Source: Podarcis melisellensis (Eukaryota). Taken from it: DNA of 64,000 nt. A program made the position numbers and the translations under genes. The notes beneath the pieces were generated by a model. It had not been told where the DNA came from, made no database searches, and was given only the letters and a program-made list of their open reading frames with translations. This document shows, piece by piece, positions 1 to 12,703 of the stretch (position 1 is its first letter; every line of letters begins with the position of its first letter). The stretch is taken from the NCBI GenBank assembly GCA_964234715.1, contig OZ174280.1, one strand, 5' to 3'.

Positions 1-426
1 GTTTTTTGTTTCTGTATAACTGCCTTGTATGAACTTAGTTCTACAGTGTAACACGGTAATATTCTACAGTAATGGCAGTTTATTGAGAAGTTACCTATTT
101 GACATAATAGTTTTGCCAATTCCTACTATATAAGGTTAAGTTTTGATAGCACTCTGAAGTTCATGTCAGTTATTAACTATAGCCTATGCTTGTCTGTTTT
201 TTTTAAAAAAGAATTTCATAGTTCTTTTCTGTTAGTTTTTAAATTTAGCGGTTGGAAGGGCTGGTATGCTCAGGGATTTTTAATATCGAAGTAATGAAAT
301 TATATATTTTTAAGAAACATTGGAATGAAGAAGGTGTTATTACGCATGTTCAAAATCAAATGCTTATAGGTGCTGTGAATCATACAGTAAAGTATTATAC
401 AGTAAAGTATTATACTGGGAATTATA

Positions 427-785
427 CGCTGTGGGTAAAACCTCAGCGCCTAGGACTTGCCGATCGTATGGTCAGCGGTTCGAATCCCCGCGGCGGGGTG
501 CGCTCCCGTCGTTCGGTCCCAGCGCCTGCCAACCTAGCAGTTCAAAAGCACCTCCAGGTGCAAGTAGATAAATAGGGACCGCTTACCAGCGGGAAGGTAA
601 ACGGCGTTCCGTGTGCTGCGCTGGCTTGCCAGACGCAGCTTGTCACACTGGCCACGTGACCCGGAAGTGTCTGCGGACAGCGCTGGCTCCCGGCCTATAG
701 AGTGAGATGAGCGCACAACCCTAGAGTCTGGCAAGACTGGCCCGTACGGGCAGGGGTACCTTTACCTTTACCTTTACCTTTACCT
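427..785 (+). mobile_element. Sauria SINE (tRNA-derived, BovB-mobilised), nearly full length
   Basis: B-box GGTTCGAATCC at ~478, core TGCAAGTAGATAAATAGG, 3' tail (ACCTTT)n; many CpGs retained, so a young copy. Confidence 0.9.
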
Positions 786-1719
786 AGCTTTTCCCAGGCT
801 TCAAAAAAGTTCCAATATACAACTAAAAGTTCAGTGTTCATTTGCCTTTACAGCTAAACCAAATGGAGGATAATGACAATGATAATTCTCAGATGCATAT
901 CAATTGATAGTTCACATGGTGGTCAGTGAAGAAAAACATGGACAGCATTGTCACAAGAGTAACGTATCAGGCAGCCCAGACAATGCATTTATTGGCTTAT
1001 ATTCAGTCTTCCTCTGTTTCACAGGATTGACTGAAGTCCTGTAAAAATCTCTTATGACGTGTCAGCATTGTCTTATTGCTGATTATCCTGGGCAGAAGCA
1101 GACACTCCTCCACACCACCTCTTGCATTGGCCAGAAACCTTTCAATCTGGTCTCTAGTAATTGATTATATTTTAAAAATCACTAGAACCAAATTACCCTT
1201 GAAATGGTCTTTAATAATGCTCAAATCAACACGCTTGACAAATCATTGATGTACAAACTAAGAAAATGGATAGACATTCTTTTTAACAATTGCCATTAAA
1301 TGAGTGCACCAGGGTTACAAAATTCAATACAGTTAAATGTTGACCATTAGTTTTAGATGTTTTAGAAGATTCTCTCTCTGTTTCTGAAGCACATGCACAG
1401 ACAACAGATTTTGCCAAATAAATTAAAACCATAGGAGTCCCAGAGCTCATTCAGACACCATGATGTGGCATTTCATGAGTGAACCCTGAAGAGCCTTGGC
1501 CTCAGACACTCTTTTGTCCCTTATTGTGTTGTGGTCCCCACCTTTACTTTCGCATTTCTGGCACATCATAGTTTACCATTTCCCCCCCAATCTGGGTAAA
1601 CTATGGTATTGCCCACGAACCAGGATGGCTTACTGTTCTGTTTGAATAACTCTTTAGTGTTGGGCTTCCAGAACAAATAGTATAGAGCTTCTGAGGCAAG
1701 GCAATACTTCTAAATGATC

Positions 1720-1941
1720 TATTATTATTATTATTATTGTTATTGTTATTGTTATTGTTATTATTTATACCCTGCCCATCTGGCTGAGTTTCCCCAGCCA
1801 CTCTGGGCGGCTCCCAATCGAGTGTTAAAAACAATATAGCATTAAATATTAAAAACTTCCCTAAACAGAGCTGCCTTCAGATGTCTTTTAAAAATAGGAT
1901 ATCTGATGGGAGGGCTTTCCACAGGGCGGGTGCCACTACTG
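1720..1941 (-). mobile_element. L2-clade LINE 3' end with (TAA)n/(CAATAA)n tail
   Basis: Reverse complement matches the L2 3' end at 40000-40236; microsatellite tail at 1720-1765. Confidence 0.75.
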
Positions 1942-3873
1942 ACAATTCCAGTTGGCTTGAAATAGTTAACAGTAGTCTGTTCAAAAATGCCCATGTTGTG
2001 AAGAGCTCTCTAAACCTCTGGGTTTATACCACCCCAGCATCATTTTCCAGGTGGCTGGTGTGTTTATGTGTTTATTTCCTAATTTTTTTGCTTTGAAATC
2101 CTGTAATCTAAAGAAGAGTTCTGTATCACTCTCTTCTAGCATTTTGAATATAATGGGTGCAAATAAAGGTATCATTTCAGTTCTACATCTTAAAAGAAAT
2201 TTCAAGGTTATATTTTGTCATCTTGTAGGAATTTGGGGTTCTAGTCTTACACGGTTCTGAGCACATGGGCTACAGTCCTTATGTAGAGTTAAGTCATCTT
2301 TAATCTCATTGACTTCAGTGGAATTGAAGTGGCCTGTGTGCAGGATTGAAGGGTTCAGCTTTAACTCTGTCAAGGACATTTTAATTATAAATGCTTAATT
2401 TTAAACATTTAGGGAAGTTACTGGCATTCTTTGAATGTAACTGAATGAAGTGAGTCAGAAAAAGAAAGAAAGCAATCCATTTTGATTTCAGAACTGCTAC
2501 GAGGAACTGCCCTGCAAGCAGTTCATTCTTTGAACTCATGTATATATGGCTTGAACAGCTTCTGGGATTACTATTTTAAACATGTCATAAAACCTTTAAG
2601 CAGATTTCAATGAAAAGAGTGGCATTGGGCTGATCTTCTTGCAGCTCTTTGGTAGCATTTCTGAAGGAAGCACTTGGTTTTATGAGAACTCATTATCAGC
2701 TATGAGTAGCAGCCCTATGATGCCACTGGATCAAATTTTGTAGAGTTTTCCTAGCCTTGAGGCTAGCTGGTTTCTGATATTACCATATTGACAGTATTAT
2801 GACTTATGTTTAAAATAGTAATCCCAGAAACTGCTCATGCCTTATATACAAGACATGACTCCAAAAAAAAAAAATTAACTGCTTTAAGGTAGCTCCTTGA
2901 AGCACATATCATTACTGTATGAAAATGAGGCTTGCCGGGGGCTCGCTTGGAGATGGTGTTTCTACACTTAGAAGCTCTAGCACTAAGAGATGATACAGCT
3001 TCTATGTTGTTTTCCCCATTGATTCCTTTACATACCTTTTCCCCCTGCCTACCGCACAAGGAGTCCAGTTTTCTCATCCTGCAGGCAGGGGGGAAAGGAG
3101 TGGAAAAGGAAGACCAAAGTGAGAGACATATTGACTGTGTCCTTGTTCAGCACCTTAAAGCATTTAAAAAAGCAGAGATGGGGATCTTTTTTCAGCTGCA
3201 TTTAGGTTTCAGGGGCCAGACGTGGGCAGGGCAAAAGTGGGAAAGTTATGAAGATAAATTTTACCTTTGTGCAGTAGCCTAGTTTTTTCTGTCTCTCACT
3301 TTTCTCTGTCTTCTATCTAGACAAGCAATAGAATTCAGGGACACATTCCAGCCAGACAAAAGCACTTGGGGCACGAAGAGACAGTGAGGGGTGTGGCCTG
3401 GGGAGAGTTCCGAGGGCCATATAAGGATGTCTGAAGGGCCACATTCAGTCCCAGACCTGGCATTCTTCACCCCTGATTTAAAGGTGTAGACTGGACACTC
3501 TCTCAGGTTGAGGATCTGTCAACCACAGCATGATTCCTGTATTTTCTTGTGGCCACAGAATCTTGGAAAAGGATATTATCCCTAAATCAGTTTTGAGTGT
3601 ATGTGCAGACTTACATCTGGTTCAACTGTATGTGTGTAGTGAATTATTGTGTCCATAGCACATAAGAGTTAATCTTGGCTGCTTTTGATATTTTAAATAA
3701 TTCAAATATATGTCAGATGCAGGTGATGGGGAAATGGTTCTGGGGGAAGGCCAAGAATAATAGCATTGTCACAGTTAGGAGACAATATTTGAAGCAGAAT
3801 AATCAATAGCCCAGTTGGCTAATAAACAATAGTAGTTTGATTCATACATATATATATATTTTCTATGTTTCAG

Positions 3874-3956
3874 TTTTTGTTGCTGATATACTAGTTTACA
3901 TACCTGCAGTAATCTTGTACTGTTGTTATTTAAAAGAGACTTCAGCTAAGAGGAAG
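3874..3956 (+). CDS. ALG6: ALG6 alpha-1,3-glucosyltransferase, internal exon ([27 protein letters not shown])
   Basis: cag/ acceptor, /gttggt donor, 83 nt; matches human [27 protein letters not shown]. Earlier exons not found in the window. Confidence 0.95.
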
Positions 3957-5299
3957 GTTGGTATGATTTATTTTTCTTTCTTTTTTTGGGACTTACAGTG
4001 AAAACTTTTCATCTAGAATGGAAGGCAAGGATGGGGCTACTTAATCCTACAAAATCAGAAAATATTTTCTGGTAACATAAAATTGATAGCACAAATTGCT
4101 AGATCGTTTTATAGTTAATAATGTTACATTGACCTCAGTTACTGGAAAGCCTTGCAAAAACAAAATGTATTGCAAGTAATGTTGACCTTTTTTTGTATAA
4201 TTAAGAAACAAGGATTGCAAAAACAAACAAACAAACAAACAAACATAGTATGCAGCATAATGCAAATTATATTTTTACTCAGAAGTAGGTCCCATTAACT
4301 TCAGTGGAATTTAGTCCCAAGTAAGATCGCATAGGATTGTAGACTTGCTTTTCTTCATTATATACTTATATAATATACTTATATACTTATATACTTTTGC
4401 CCTGCTTTTCCACTAAAAATGCCCAAGGCCTCTCTGGGTAGGCTGTTAACAATCTGGTAATGGCCACAGAAAAAGCCTTCTCCCAGGCCATCTCCAAACA
4501 CCACTCAGATGTTGATAGGACACATAGAGCCTCTACTTCAGAGGTACCTTCTCACATTGGAAGAGACTTTCTTTTTAGCCTTACTTGTACTTTAGATGCC
4601 CCCCGCCCACTTCCAATGTCTCTGCCCAATGCAGGTCACAGATCTTACTGCAGTCAAATGTTTGTGTGTGCTGGGGGTAAATTTAGTTCATGCTTTTGAA
4701 TCCCACATTAAACATTTAGACTGGCCCTTTTAATAGCCACGAATAGCTGGCTGAATCACAGTTTTGGCCAGTAGAACAATATATGTTTGTAGAGTGATGC
4801 AGTGGATTCTCTGTTGCCTTCTATGCATTGTTTCAGCTGGGAGAAGTGAAACGTGTTTACGGTCACATACTCTTTCGAGGTTGCGTGGGGATGAAAACAT
4901 TTTTTCATGGGCAGCCGGGGCTGCATACCAGTAGGCAGCAGGACAAGGGGCAAAATGCAGAAGAGCAATGGATGTGCCTCTTACCTTTGTATTCTTACAA
5001 GTAGGGCTACATTCCAGCCTTGCAAAAGTCACACACCCCTTTTCCATCTGTCCTCGAGTCAAGTAAGCAAGCGCCATTACAGTTCAAAGCCTCATTCCAG
5101 CAAAGCAGAAATACTTAATGAGGATGCAGACCTGGGCTGCTGAGGAGAGGGGCCTGAGGGCCACATAGAGAGGCTTGGAGGCTGCACTCGGCCCCCAAGC
5201 CTGAGGGTTCCCCATCCTTGTTCTAGTATGTGATGACTTATTACAAAATTAGTTCATTTGTGTTTCTTTTAATGCAGAATGTCTGTCTTTCTTTCCCAG

Positions 5300-5364
5300 A
5301 TTTCTAGTGCTCTCTGCATACTGCTTTATCCAGGACTCATTCTGATTGATTACGGACATTTTCA
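5300..5364 (+). CDS. ALG6: ALG6 exon ([22 protein letters not shown]), ends at a U12-type donor
   Basis: ccag/ acceptor, 65 nt, conserved LIDYGHFQ motif, followed by GTATCCTT. Confidence 0.95.
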
Positions 5365-6372
5365 GTATCCTTGCCTATCCTGTGATGTCATCTCTTTACA
5401 CTTTACCAATTCAATGGATCCTCTTAACCCAACACCAATCTCTTTGCTATAGAGCAACAAGGGGTGTAATGGTTTAGGGGAAGTATGTGAACAGGGAGGA
5501 ATAATTCCTGTTCATTGCATAAGATGTTTATAAGAGCAGTGAAAAAGATACAGATAAAGGATACAGCCCGCTGCACGCTTACCTCAGAATAAGCCCCATT
5601 TGCACACAAGAGCAGCTAACTCCCAATGTAAACATGCATAGGATTGTGCTGTTAGGTATTAATGGTGCAGCTAAACATTTAAAACAACAGTTATTGCAGA
5701 ATCTGGGTTTCTTCTCTTATGCTGAATGTGTGGATACACGTTTGTTCAGTATGAAGTATGTGGTATAAATACCCGAAGGTGAGTTCACATAGGCATATTT
5801 ATCTCAAGATGACAGAAATAAAAGTTGTATGTGTGAAACAGCCATTGGAGATTAAACAGCAAAGATAACAATTTGATGTCACCTGTCGTTATCTCAAAAT
5901 GCAGTTCGGTGGAGGCAATCCATAGGCTCTGTTGTGCATCCTCAAGGAATGTACTTTGCATGGATCTTTATGGAAAGGTAACCAAACTGCACATCATTAT
6001 GATGGTTGCAGCCAGTATGGGCAAACTACAAATTTTCAGGGTTATGTTATTTGAGAAGCGTAGGAACCGCTCCCCAGCTCTGCTTGCTTTTGAGTTTCCG
6101 GTAATGCCAGAACAGAGACACACAGATGATGTCGTTCCTTCAGGTTCTTTCATATTGGTGTTTGAGAGCTCAGGGCAAAATCTCCTCACAGGTAAGCACT
6201 TTGAATTCACATTTATTTCAACTGGAATATTAATTAAACCTCAAATCAAATTGCTTAAATCTCTCCCATTATGGCATGGGCAATCAATTATGGTGGCAAG
6301 AGGAGACCATCTGAAGTATTTCATTTATAACTTAACTTTTTAAATCTGTTTTGCCCTTAACATTAAAAACAT
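5365..6372 (+). other. ALG6: U12-type (minor spliceosome) intron of ALG6 with GT-AT termini
   Basis: 5'ss GTATCCTT; branch point CCCTTAAC at 6354-6361; no polypyrimidine tract; only the end ...AAAAACAT/ restores HFQYNSVSLG. Confidence 0.85.
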
Positions 6373-6558
6373 ATATAATTCTGTGAGCCTTGGCTTTGCT
6401 TTGTGGGGAGTGCTTTGCCTGTCTTATGATTTTGACCTCTTGGGCTCAATAGCATTCTGCTTGGCTCTAAACTACAAACAAATGGAGCTGTACCATTCAT
6501 TGCCCTTCTTCAGCTATCTCTTGGGAAAGTGCTTCAAAAAAGGCCTGGTGGGGAAGGG
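6373..6558 (+). CDS. ALG6: ALG6 exon ([62 protein letters not shown])
   Basis: Conserved NYKQMELYH motif, 186 nt, /gtgagt donor. Confidence 0.95.
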
Positions 6559-7076
6559 GTGAGTATCTTTAAAAGTTGACATCCAGAAAATGGTCCTGGA
6601 ATGCACTTAGGCAGGCTTGCCTTGGGAATTTGTGCATGTCATTCATTTCTCGATTAAGCTTTTGGAGAAGGGATTCATGTCATTATAATTCTTTACTCCC
6701 CCCCCTCCCCCAGAAGAACATTTTCTCCTAAGTCATTAAATAACATACTAAATAGTTTTAAGAGTGTCCATAGTGTATCAAAATACACACGACTATCTTT
6801 TCTCTTCAACACCTGTCATTAGTTAAGCACAGGTCACAAATGGACACCCAGATTTAGAAGATAAGAGTTTAGCATATCTTTTTTAACATTTAACAGTTTT
6901 CTTATCCCTGATCTCTTCTCCTGTTAGCTATCTCACGTTAGGTTATTTAATGTCTGCCGTTATGCACGGTACTTTAAGTCAGCTTTATGTTTGAGAGCAC
7001 ACAAACATTACTATTTTCTTTTACATGAGCATTTCTTCTTCAGGGCTTGGATTATTTTAATTTTTTTTTCTTACAG

Positions 7077-7212
7077 GCTGTTACTGTTAATGAAACTGGG
7101 GTTTACCGTAGGTGTTTCTTTTGCTCTCTGTTGGCTCCCGTTTTGTACAGACGTTGAACAAATTTTGCAAGTGCTCAGAAGACTCTTTCCAGTTGATCGA
7201 GGTTTGTTCGAG
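7077..7212 (+). CDS. ALG6: ALG6 exon ([45 protein letters not shown])
   Basis: ttacag/ and /gtatgc; [11 protein letters not shown] hallmark; 136 nt. Confidence 0.97.
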
Positions 7213-8930
7213 GTATGCCTCATCTTCCCTGCCCTGCCCCCTGACAAGCTTCTTGTAAATGTTTTATATTTTTAGCTCCCTTGAGAAACCTTCACTTTGA
7301 CCCTTAGGGATTTCATGTGGAAGATACACCAGAAGGCTAGTAATATGATCTGGCTTCTCTGACCGTCATTTCTTGCCAGTTATTTAATCCAGCGTTTAAC
7401 CCCTAGCTCAGCTGGCATCTTCCAGGATATTATATGAGTAGACAACATTTATCCCATCGTCAGATCTATAGCTCAGACGTACATTTTTCCGTTTGACCAG
7501 ATTCCATAGTAATTAACAGCGTCCTTGCTCAATCTTATCTAGAGGGTCTAAAAAAATGAATACATACTGGATTCTCTTTTTTTACTGTTCTAAAATAGTC
7601 ATTGGACTGATACTAAAATGTTACATGCTTTAGAAGGCATTGAGATTCCTGATTTGCTGTGTTGGAAAGTGCCATCTCGCTTTGCTAAAGTAAGGCCTAA
7701 AGGTGTTGAGCATAAAGTATATGATTTTATTACAGATATGACTTCTATTAAGTGGTTTGCACCAGAGAGAGGGTGTGGGGAAGAGAGAGTGAGAAATAGT
7801 GATACAACTCATCAGTGGAATTACTTCTGAAAACCATTAAGCATCCCTGGTAGTGGTGCTGGCACATTGGTAGAAAAATTTAGGCTCACTTGTATGTTGA
7901 CATTTTACACGAAGTGTGAGGTATATAGAAATTCACAAGCCAAAGAACTGTCAAGTAATTTGGTGCGTTTACATGTGTATTTTTAGGGAGGCAGGATATG
8001 TATTTTTTTTTGACACACATTGCTAGGTTTCACTGATGTTCTACAATGAAGAAACTTCACACGATTTTATCCAGGATAGCTCAGGGATTTTTGATCTAAT
8101 GTTAGCTGAAATGTTTTCTGAGCTGAGCAGAGGAGTGACTGATTTGGATATTAATCTGGATAAACTGAGAAACTGTCTACGTAAGCAGTGCACGGTAAGT
8201 TTATACTGGGTTGCCTGTGACAGGTTCTTTGAATTGGTTCCCATTTACAGAGATGCCTGCAAGTGCTGATAGTTGTAAAACTTCTCTGGCTATTAAACAG
8301 GCATCTTATATGTTTGTGGGTGCTGCCAAGCACTTGTCACCTTCAGCAAATTTGCAGTGTGTGTTCTGTACACTTGTAAGTGAACAAGGAGGGATGTCTC
8401 AGTTGTTGGTAGTAGCTTTCTTGCTGTTATGTCTACACAGCTGTGATTCAAGCAGCTGTTTAGGGATGAGTTTCATGAGCATGCTAGCTGTGTGGTTACA
8501 AATTTAATTTGGAAAGTGATCCTAGCACAACTGCTAATGTCTTTAGACTTCTTGATTTATTAGGGTTAACTCTGTCATTGCTAGCTACTAGCAAGCAGAG
8601 CTAAATATGTTCTAGTAGCAGAATGTGGCAAAATATAGTGTGGCTTCACATTTGCAAAAAAAAAGTTTCAAATTTCTCTTACTTAATATGCTACAGTATT
8701 GTTATAAGAGATTTTTCTAACACAAGTTCTTGTACTCAGTAACGTACTTCTCTGTTAATTAAAGGCTTGTTTTAATCAAAATGACATTGCCCACTATTTT
8801 GAACCAAGGTCACACAGATGCATTTAATCTCGGCATCAAATATACATCCATGCAAAAAGATCCCTGCCATTCAATGTATAAATAAGGCCCATCAACAAAA
8901 AATAATGCAACACTTTAAATATCTTCTCAG

Positions 8931-9016
8931 GATAAAGTGGCCAATGTTTGGTGCACCGTAAGTGTTTTTTTCAAAGTAAAGGCAGTGCTGTCAGCAGAAA
9001 CTCAACTTAAACTAAG
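8931..9016 (+). CDS. ALG6: ALG6 exon (DKVANVWCTVSVFFKVKAVLSAETQLKL)
   Basis: ctcag/ and /gtaagt; DKVANxWC motif; 86 nt. Confidence 0.95.
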
Positions 9017-9664
9017 GTAAGTAAGAATAGAAGTCCATAGCAACTTTCAAGTCTGAATTATGTTACACTGTTGGTAGGATCACAAGATAGTATTTTAAAA
9101 CAATGTAATAATATTGCCCTCTCTATGGTGGTTCCCACGTCTGTGGAATGCCCTCCCCTTATGGTTATGAGTAGTGCCAACATTGTTATCATTTCAATGC
9201 CAGCTGAAGACTTATATCTGCCCAGGCATTTTTAAGTTTTGCAAGTTGATTGCTATTTAACTTGCTTTGTTTTTTCTAGCTGCTTTGATGGTTTCTTTTA
9301 CAATTTATTGTTTGTTTTATTATTTGGTTGGTTGGTGTTTATTTCATTTTGTGTTCTGTGCCTTACTCTTGAATCTGTATTGATGAAGGACAGGTTATAC
9401 ATATTTTTAAATAATAAATACATTAAATGTCAGATTCTGGCACTGGTTCAACCATCTGCATAGAAACAGAGTTGATTTAAACAGTAGTGTCATGTGGATG
9501 TTTTCTGCTTGTTTAATTTGTAAGTTTAAAATTAGGAAATTCAAAACAGGAACCTTATTTGTTTTTTAGTGCAGGTATGAAAAAACCAGGTTTGATCCAT
9601 AGTTTTAAGAAGGTGAATCCATTGTTACTGAGATAGCATTTTTAATACATTATTTTATGTTCAG

Positions 9665-9749
9665 CTTTGCCTTAACATTCCTGACTGCACTTCCCAGTTG
9701 CATAAAACTAACTCTGCAGCCTTCTATCAAAGGATTTAAATATGCTTTG
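9665..9749 (+). CDS. ALG6: ALG6 exon ([28 protein letters not shown])
   Basis: ttcag/ and /gtaagt; 85 nt; phase consistent with neighbours. Confidence 0.95.
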
Positions 9750-11816
9750 GTAAGTGTTTAATGAACTTTTTTATTTTATTTAATGTAATGTTTGTATGTT
9801 TTATAATAGAAACAATTATCTTTCTCCATTCACACTCTGATCAGTTTCATAGAACAACATATATATGTACCATATGATCTCTTCCAATAAGAAACCCCAA
9901 ACCTGGTCATTCTGAGTGACCATAGGTGATGTATCTCAGACCAGTCCGACCGCTCATTATTCTTGTTTGCGCACCAAAACATGGTGCTCTAGAAACAGAT
10001 TATGAAGTTGGAATCATCCATACGTCAGAAGGCTTATTGCTTTCCTCCCACAAATACATATGTACATATGCATGCACACACAATCATATATAGGATGAAA
10101 ATATATCACAGAATGGAAATTAGGATGAGGTGGCAAAATATGCACAGAAATTGCTATATAGACCATTTGGCCTATGCAGGAAATCTGGAGCAATGTCACC
10201 CTGGCAGATGACTGTCTTGCCTCTGCATGAATTCCTCTAGTGAGGGGAGCCCACTACTCTCAAGGTTATTGGTTCTGTTGAGAAACTTCTGAAGTCTATC
10301 CTCCTGTAAGTTATGCTTATTACACCTTTGTTCTGCCCTTTGGGACAGCAGGGAACAAATTTGTTTAAAAGCTTATGATGCAATTTATCTGGTTCTAAAG
10401 ACTTCTAGCTCACCTAAAGTAGCTAGGTATTTCCTGACCAACTTGGAACCACAACTCCTAACCTCTCACCATAGATATAATTATAGAATTGTAGGGTTGG
10501 AAAAGGTTCCAAGGATCATCTAGTCCAACCCCGTGCAATGCAGGAATCCCAACTAGATCAGACCTGATGGATGATACATGATCAGTCATGCTACTTGTGC
10601 AAGGCAGTACACTTAAAAGTTATTTGGGCAGTGGAGTTCATCTATTCATGTCACATGGATCATTACATATTAATCTAGATTAAGGAGAACCAACTCCACC
10701 TCCTGGGAATGAGGAAGCCTCATTAATTAAACAACTATGTGGTAGCCTAAACAACTGCAATCCCATTAGTAGGCCTGTTGGTCCAAATTGCCCCAAAAGA
10801 CTCATAAATCAGATGACTAATATTTCGGGCTTGGAGAATAGCTACTGTCTTGCGATGCTCAAGGTTCTTTTTTGACCTATGCCTTATGTTAATAATCTCT
10901 GATAAACAGCCACCCTTGTCTCCATTACTTAAATTTTGAAGTTTATCTGTCATTGCATGCTGAAGTTTTGCCTAAATAGTCACACAGTACTTTTAAAAGG
11001 ATCAGTAAAGTTACTCCGTTGCGCTACTTTGTATTTCTTAAAAATTACTTAAAACACTTTAAACAAAACATGATTATAGCAGTCCTCCAGCAATACGTAA
11101 GTGGTATTCTTCAAATTGCTGAAGGGAAGGGAAATGCCTTTAATTTTTTGTTCTATAATTTTTCTTCAAAATACAACATCACGCAAAAAAGCAGAGGTGG
11201 ATTTAAGCAAGTGTGACTGGTCCAGCAACACAGGGCACAGTGTCCTGTGTGTGTCACATTCTACAATAATGTAGAATGGAAGGCGGGGTGGGGGATAATT
11301 TTTTGTGTTGCACAGACCGCCGCTGAAATTGGAGACCTCAAGTTCCACCACTGAAAAAAGCCTTGTATGATCACTTCTTATTTTTCTTTTTTCCAGATCA
11401 ATATTACTTATAAAAAATAACAGTAATTATTGCAATAACTTTAAAAAGCAACTGTGCTTTTCTCTCGAATACTGCAACTTGATAATATTTCATACACTTA
11501 GTTATGGTAACATACCCATTTTAAATGTACTTGAAAATAAGGAAAAGTGGCCTTAAGCACAGTGACATTTCAAGCAGAATCCTGTGACCTGGTGATCTCC
11601 AGATATTGTTGGGCTACATCTCCCATCAACCCTCACCATTGGCAATGGAAATTGTAGTCCAAACATCTGGAACACCATGTTGGGAAAGCCTGCTTCTATG
11701 GATACATGTAAGCTGTTCCTGAATAGCAAAAGCATCCTCTACACGTTCCTGTCGATGGAAATATAAACAGTACTTGTTCCCTCTGTGTTAACACTTGTTA
11801 ATTTTGTTTTTAACAG

Positions 11817-11887
11817 GTTAGCTGTGCATTATCCTTCTTCCTGTTCTCATTCCAAGTGCATGAAAAATCTATTCTTCTAGTTTCAAT
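11817..11887 (+). CDS. ALG6: ALG6 exon (VSCALSFFLFSFQVHEKSILLVS)
   Basis: aacag/ and /gtaagt; FQVHEKSILL hallmark; 71 nt. Confidence 0.97.
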
Positions 11888-12703
11888 GTAAGTTGTATTT
11901 TCTGCTTTAAAAATATAAGGCATCATTATCTGTTGAAATGGGAAGTAAATAAACAGCACATCTGATGAAGTGGATCATGGGATCTGATCTAGAATAGGGC
12001 TCCAGCACGGGTAAATCTTGAATGTGCAGAAGCGCAAGAGAATTGGTTCAACCAAATAACATCATTCCCTTTGCCCAGGATGCATGAAAGGGTATTTAGT
12101 ATACCTGACCAAAGGAGGTGCCTTCTATGTCTTATTTTTGAAAAGCTAAATGTTTTAGAATGCATTGTTGTCTTCCATCCTCTTTTATTTTTAAAGTGTG
12201 GGGAGGTGGAAAAAGTGACAGCTTTAAAACTGCATCTACATGCTTCAGAGATGGCTTTTGCCAAGTTCACAAGATGCTGAACATGCATTGAAGTCACATG
12301 CTCAGCAGGAACCATAGAGCCACGTTCCTATATCACAGTGATGTCAAATCTGATATTTTGGGATTTACTTGGGACCGAAGAGCAGTTTTTGCATCTGTAG
12401 GTCTGTTTGCCCAGAATGTTAAAGCATGGTGTAGTGCTACATGCTTCAGCTGAAATCAACCTGAGCAAGACTCAGGCTTGCATGCTACTCCTTTCCTCCT
12501 GCATAGTTGGAAGGATGTTTCTAGTATTTACTTTCCAGCTTCTTTGGAAATTGTCTCGTTTTATCCAGACCGACAAACTGTAGTTAAACCAGCCAGCTTC
12601 AGAAACCATGATTTTAAAGCTGGCTTGTTTTGAAACTGAAATGTTATCAGTATGTCTTTCATTATCTTCATTATCAAGCCCTTCAGTTTACTACTTTCAG
12701 ATA

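Noticed and set aside
478-488. tRNA-like B-box GGTTCGAATCC
   Set aside because: Head of a SINE; no cloverleaf, so not a tRNA gene
252-734. ORFs of 107 aa and 66 aa
   Set aside because: They run through a Sauria SINE and a 15-bp tandem duplication (382-411)
6369-6370. AT-AC reading of the ALG6 minor intron
   Set aside because: The donor consensus begins with GT, and using this AC breaks the reading frame
11192-11353. Possible hAT MITE (CAGAGGTGGA / TCCACCACTG)
   Set aside because: Short imperfect TIR and only a low-complexity 7-bp flank match; not secure enough to list
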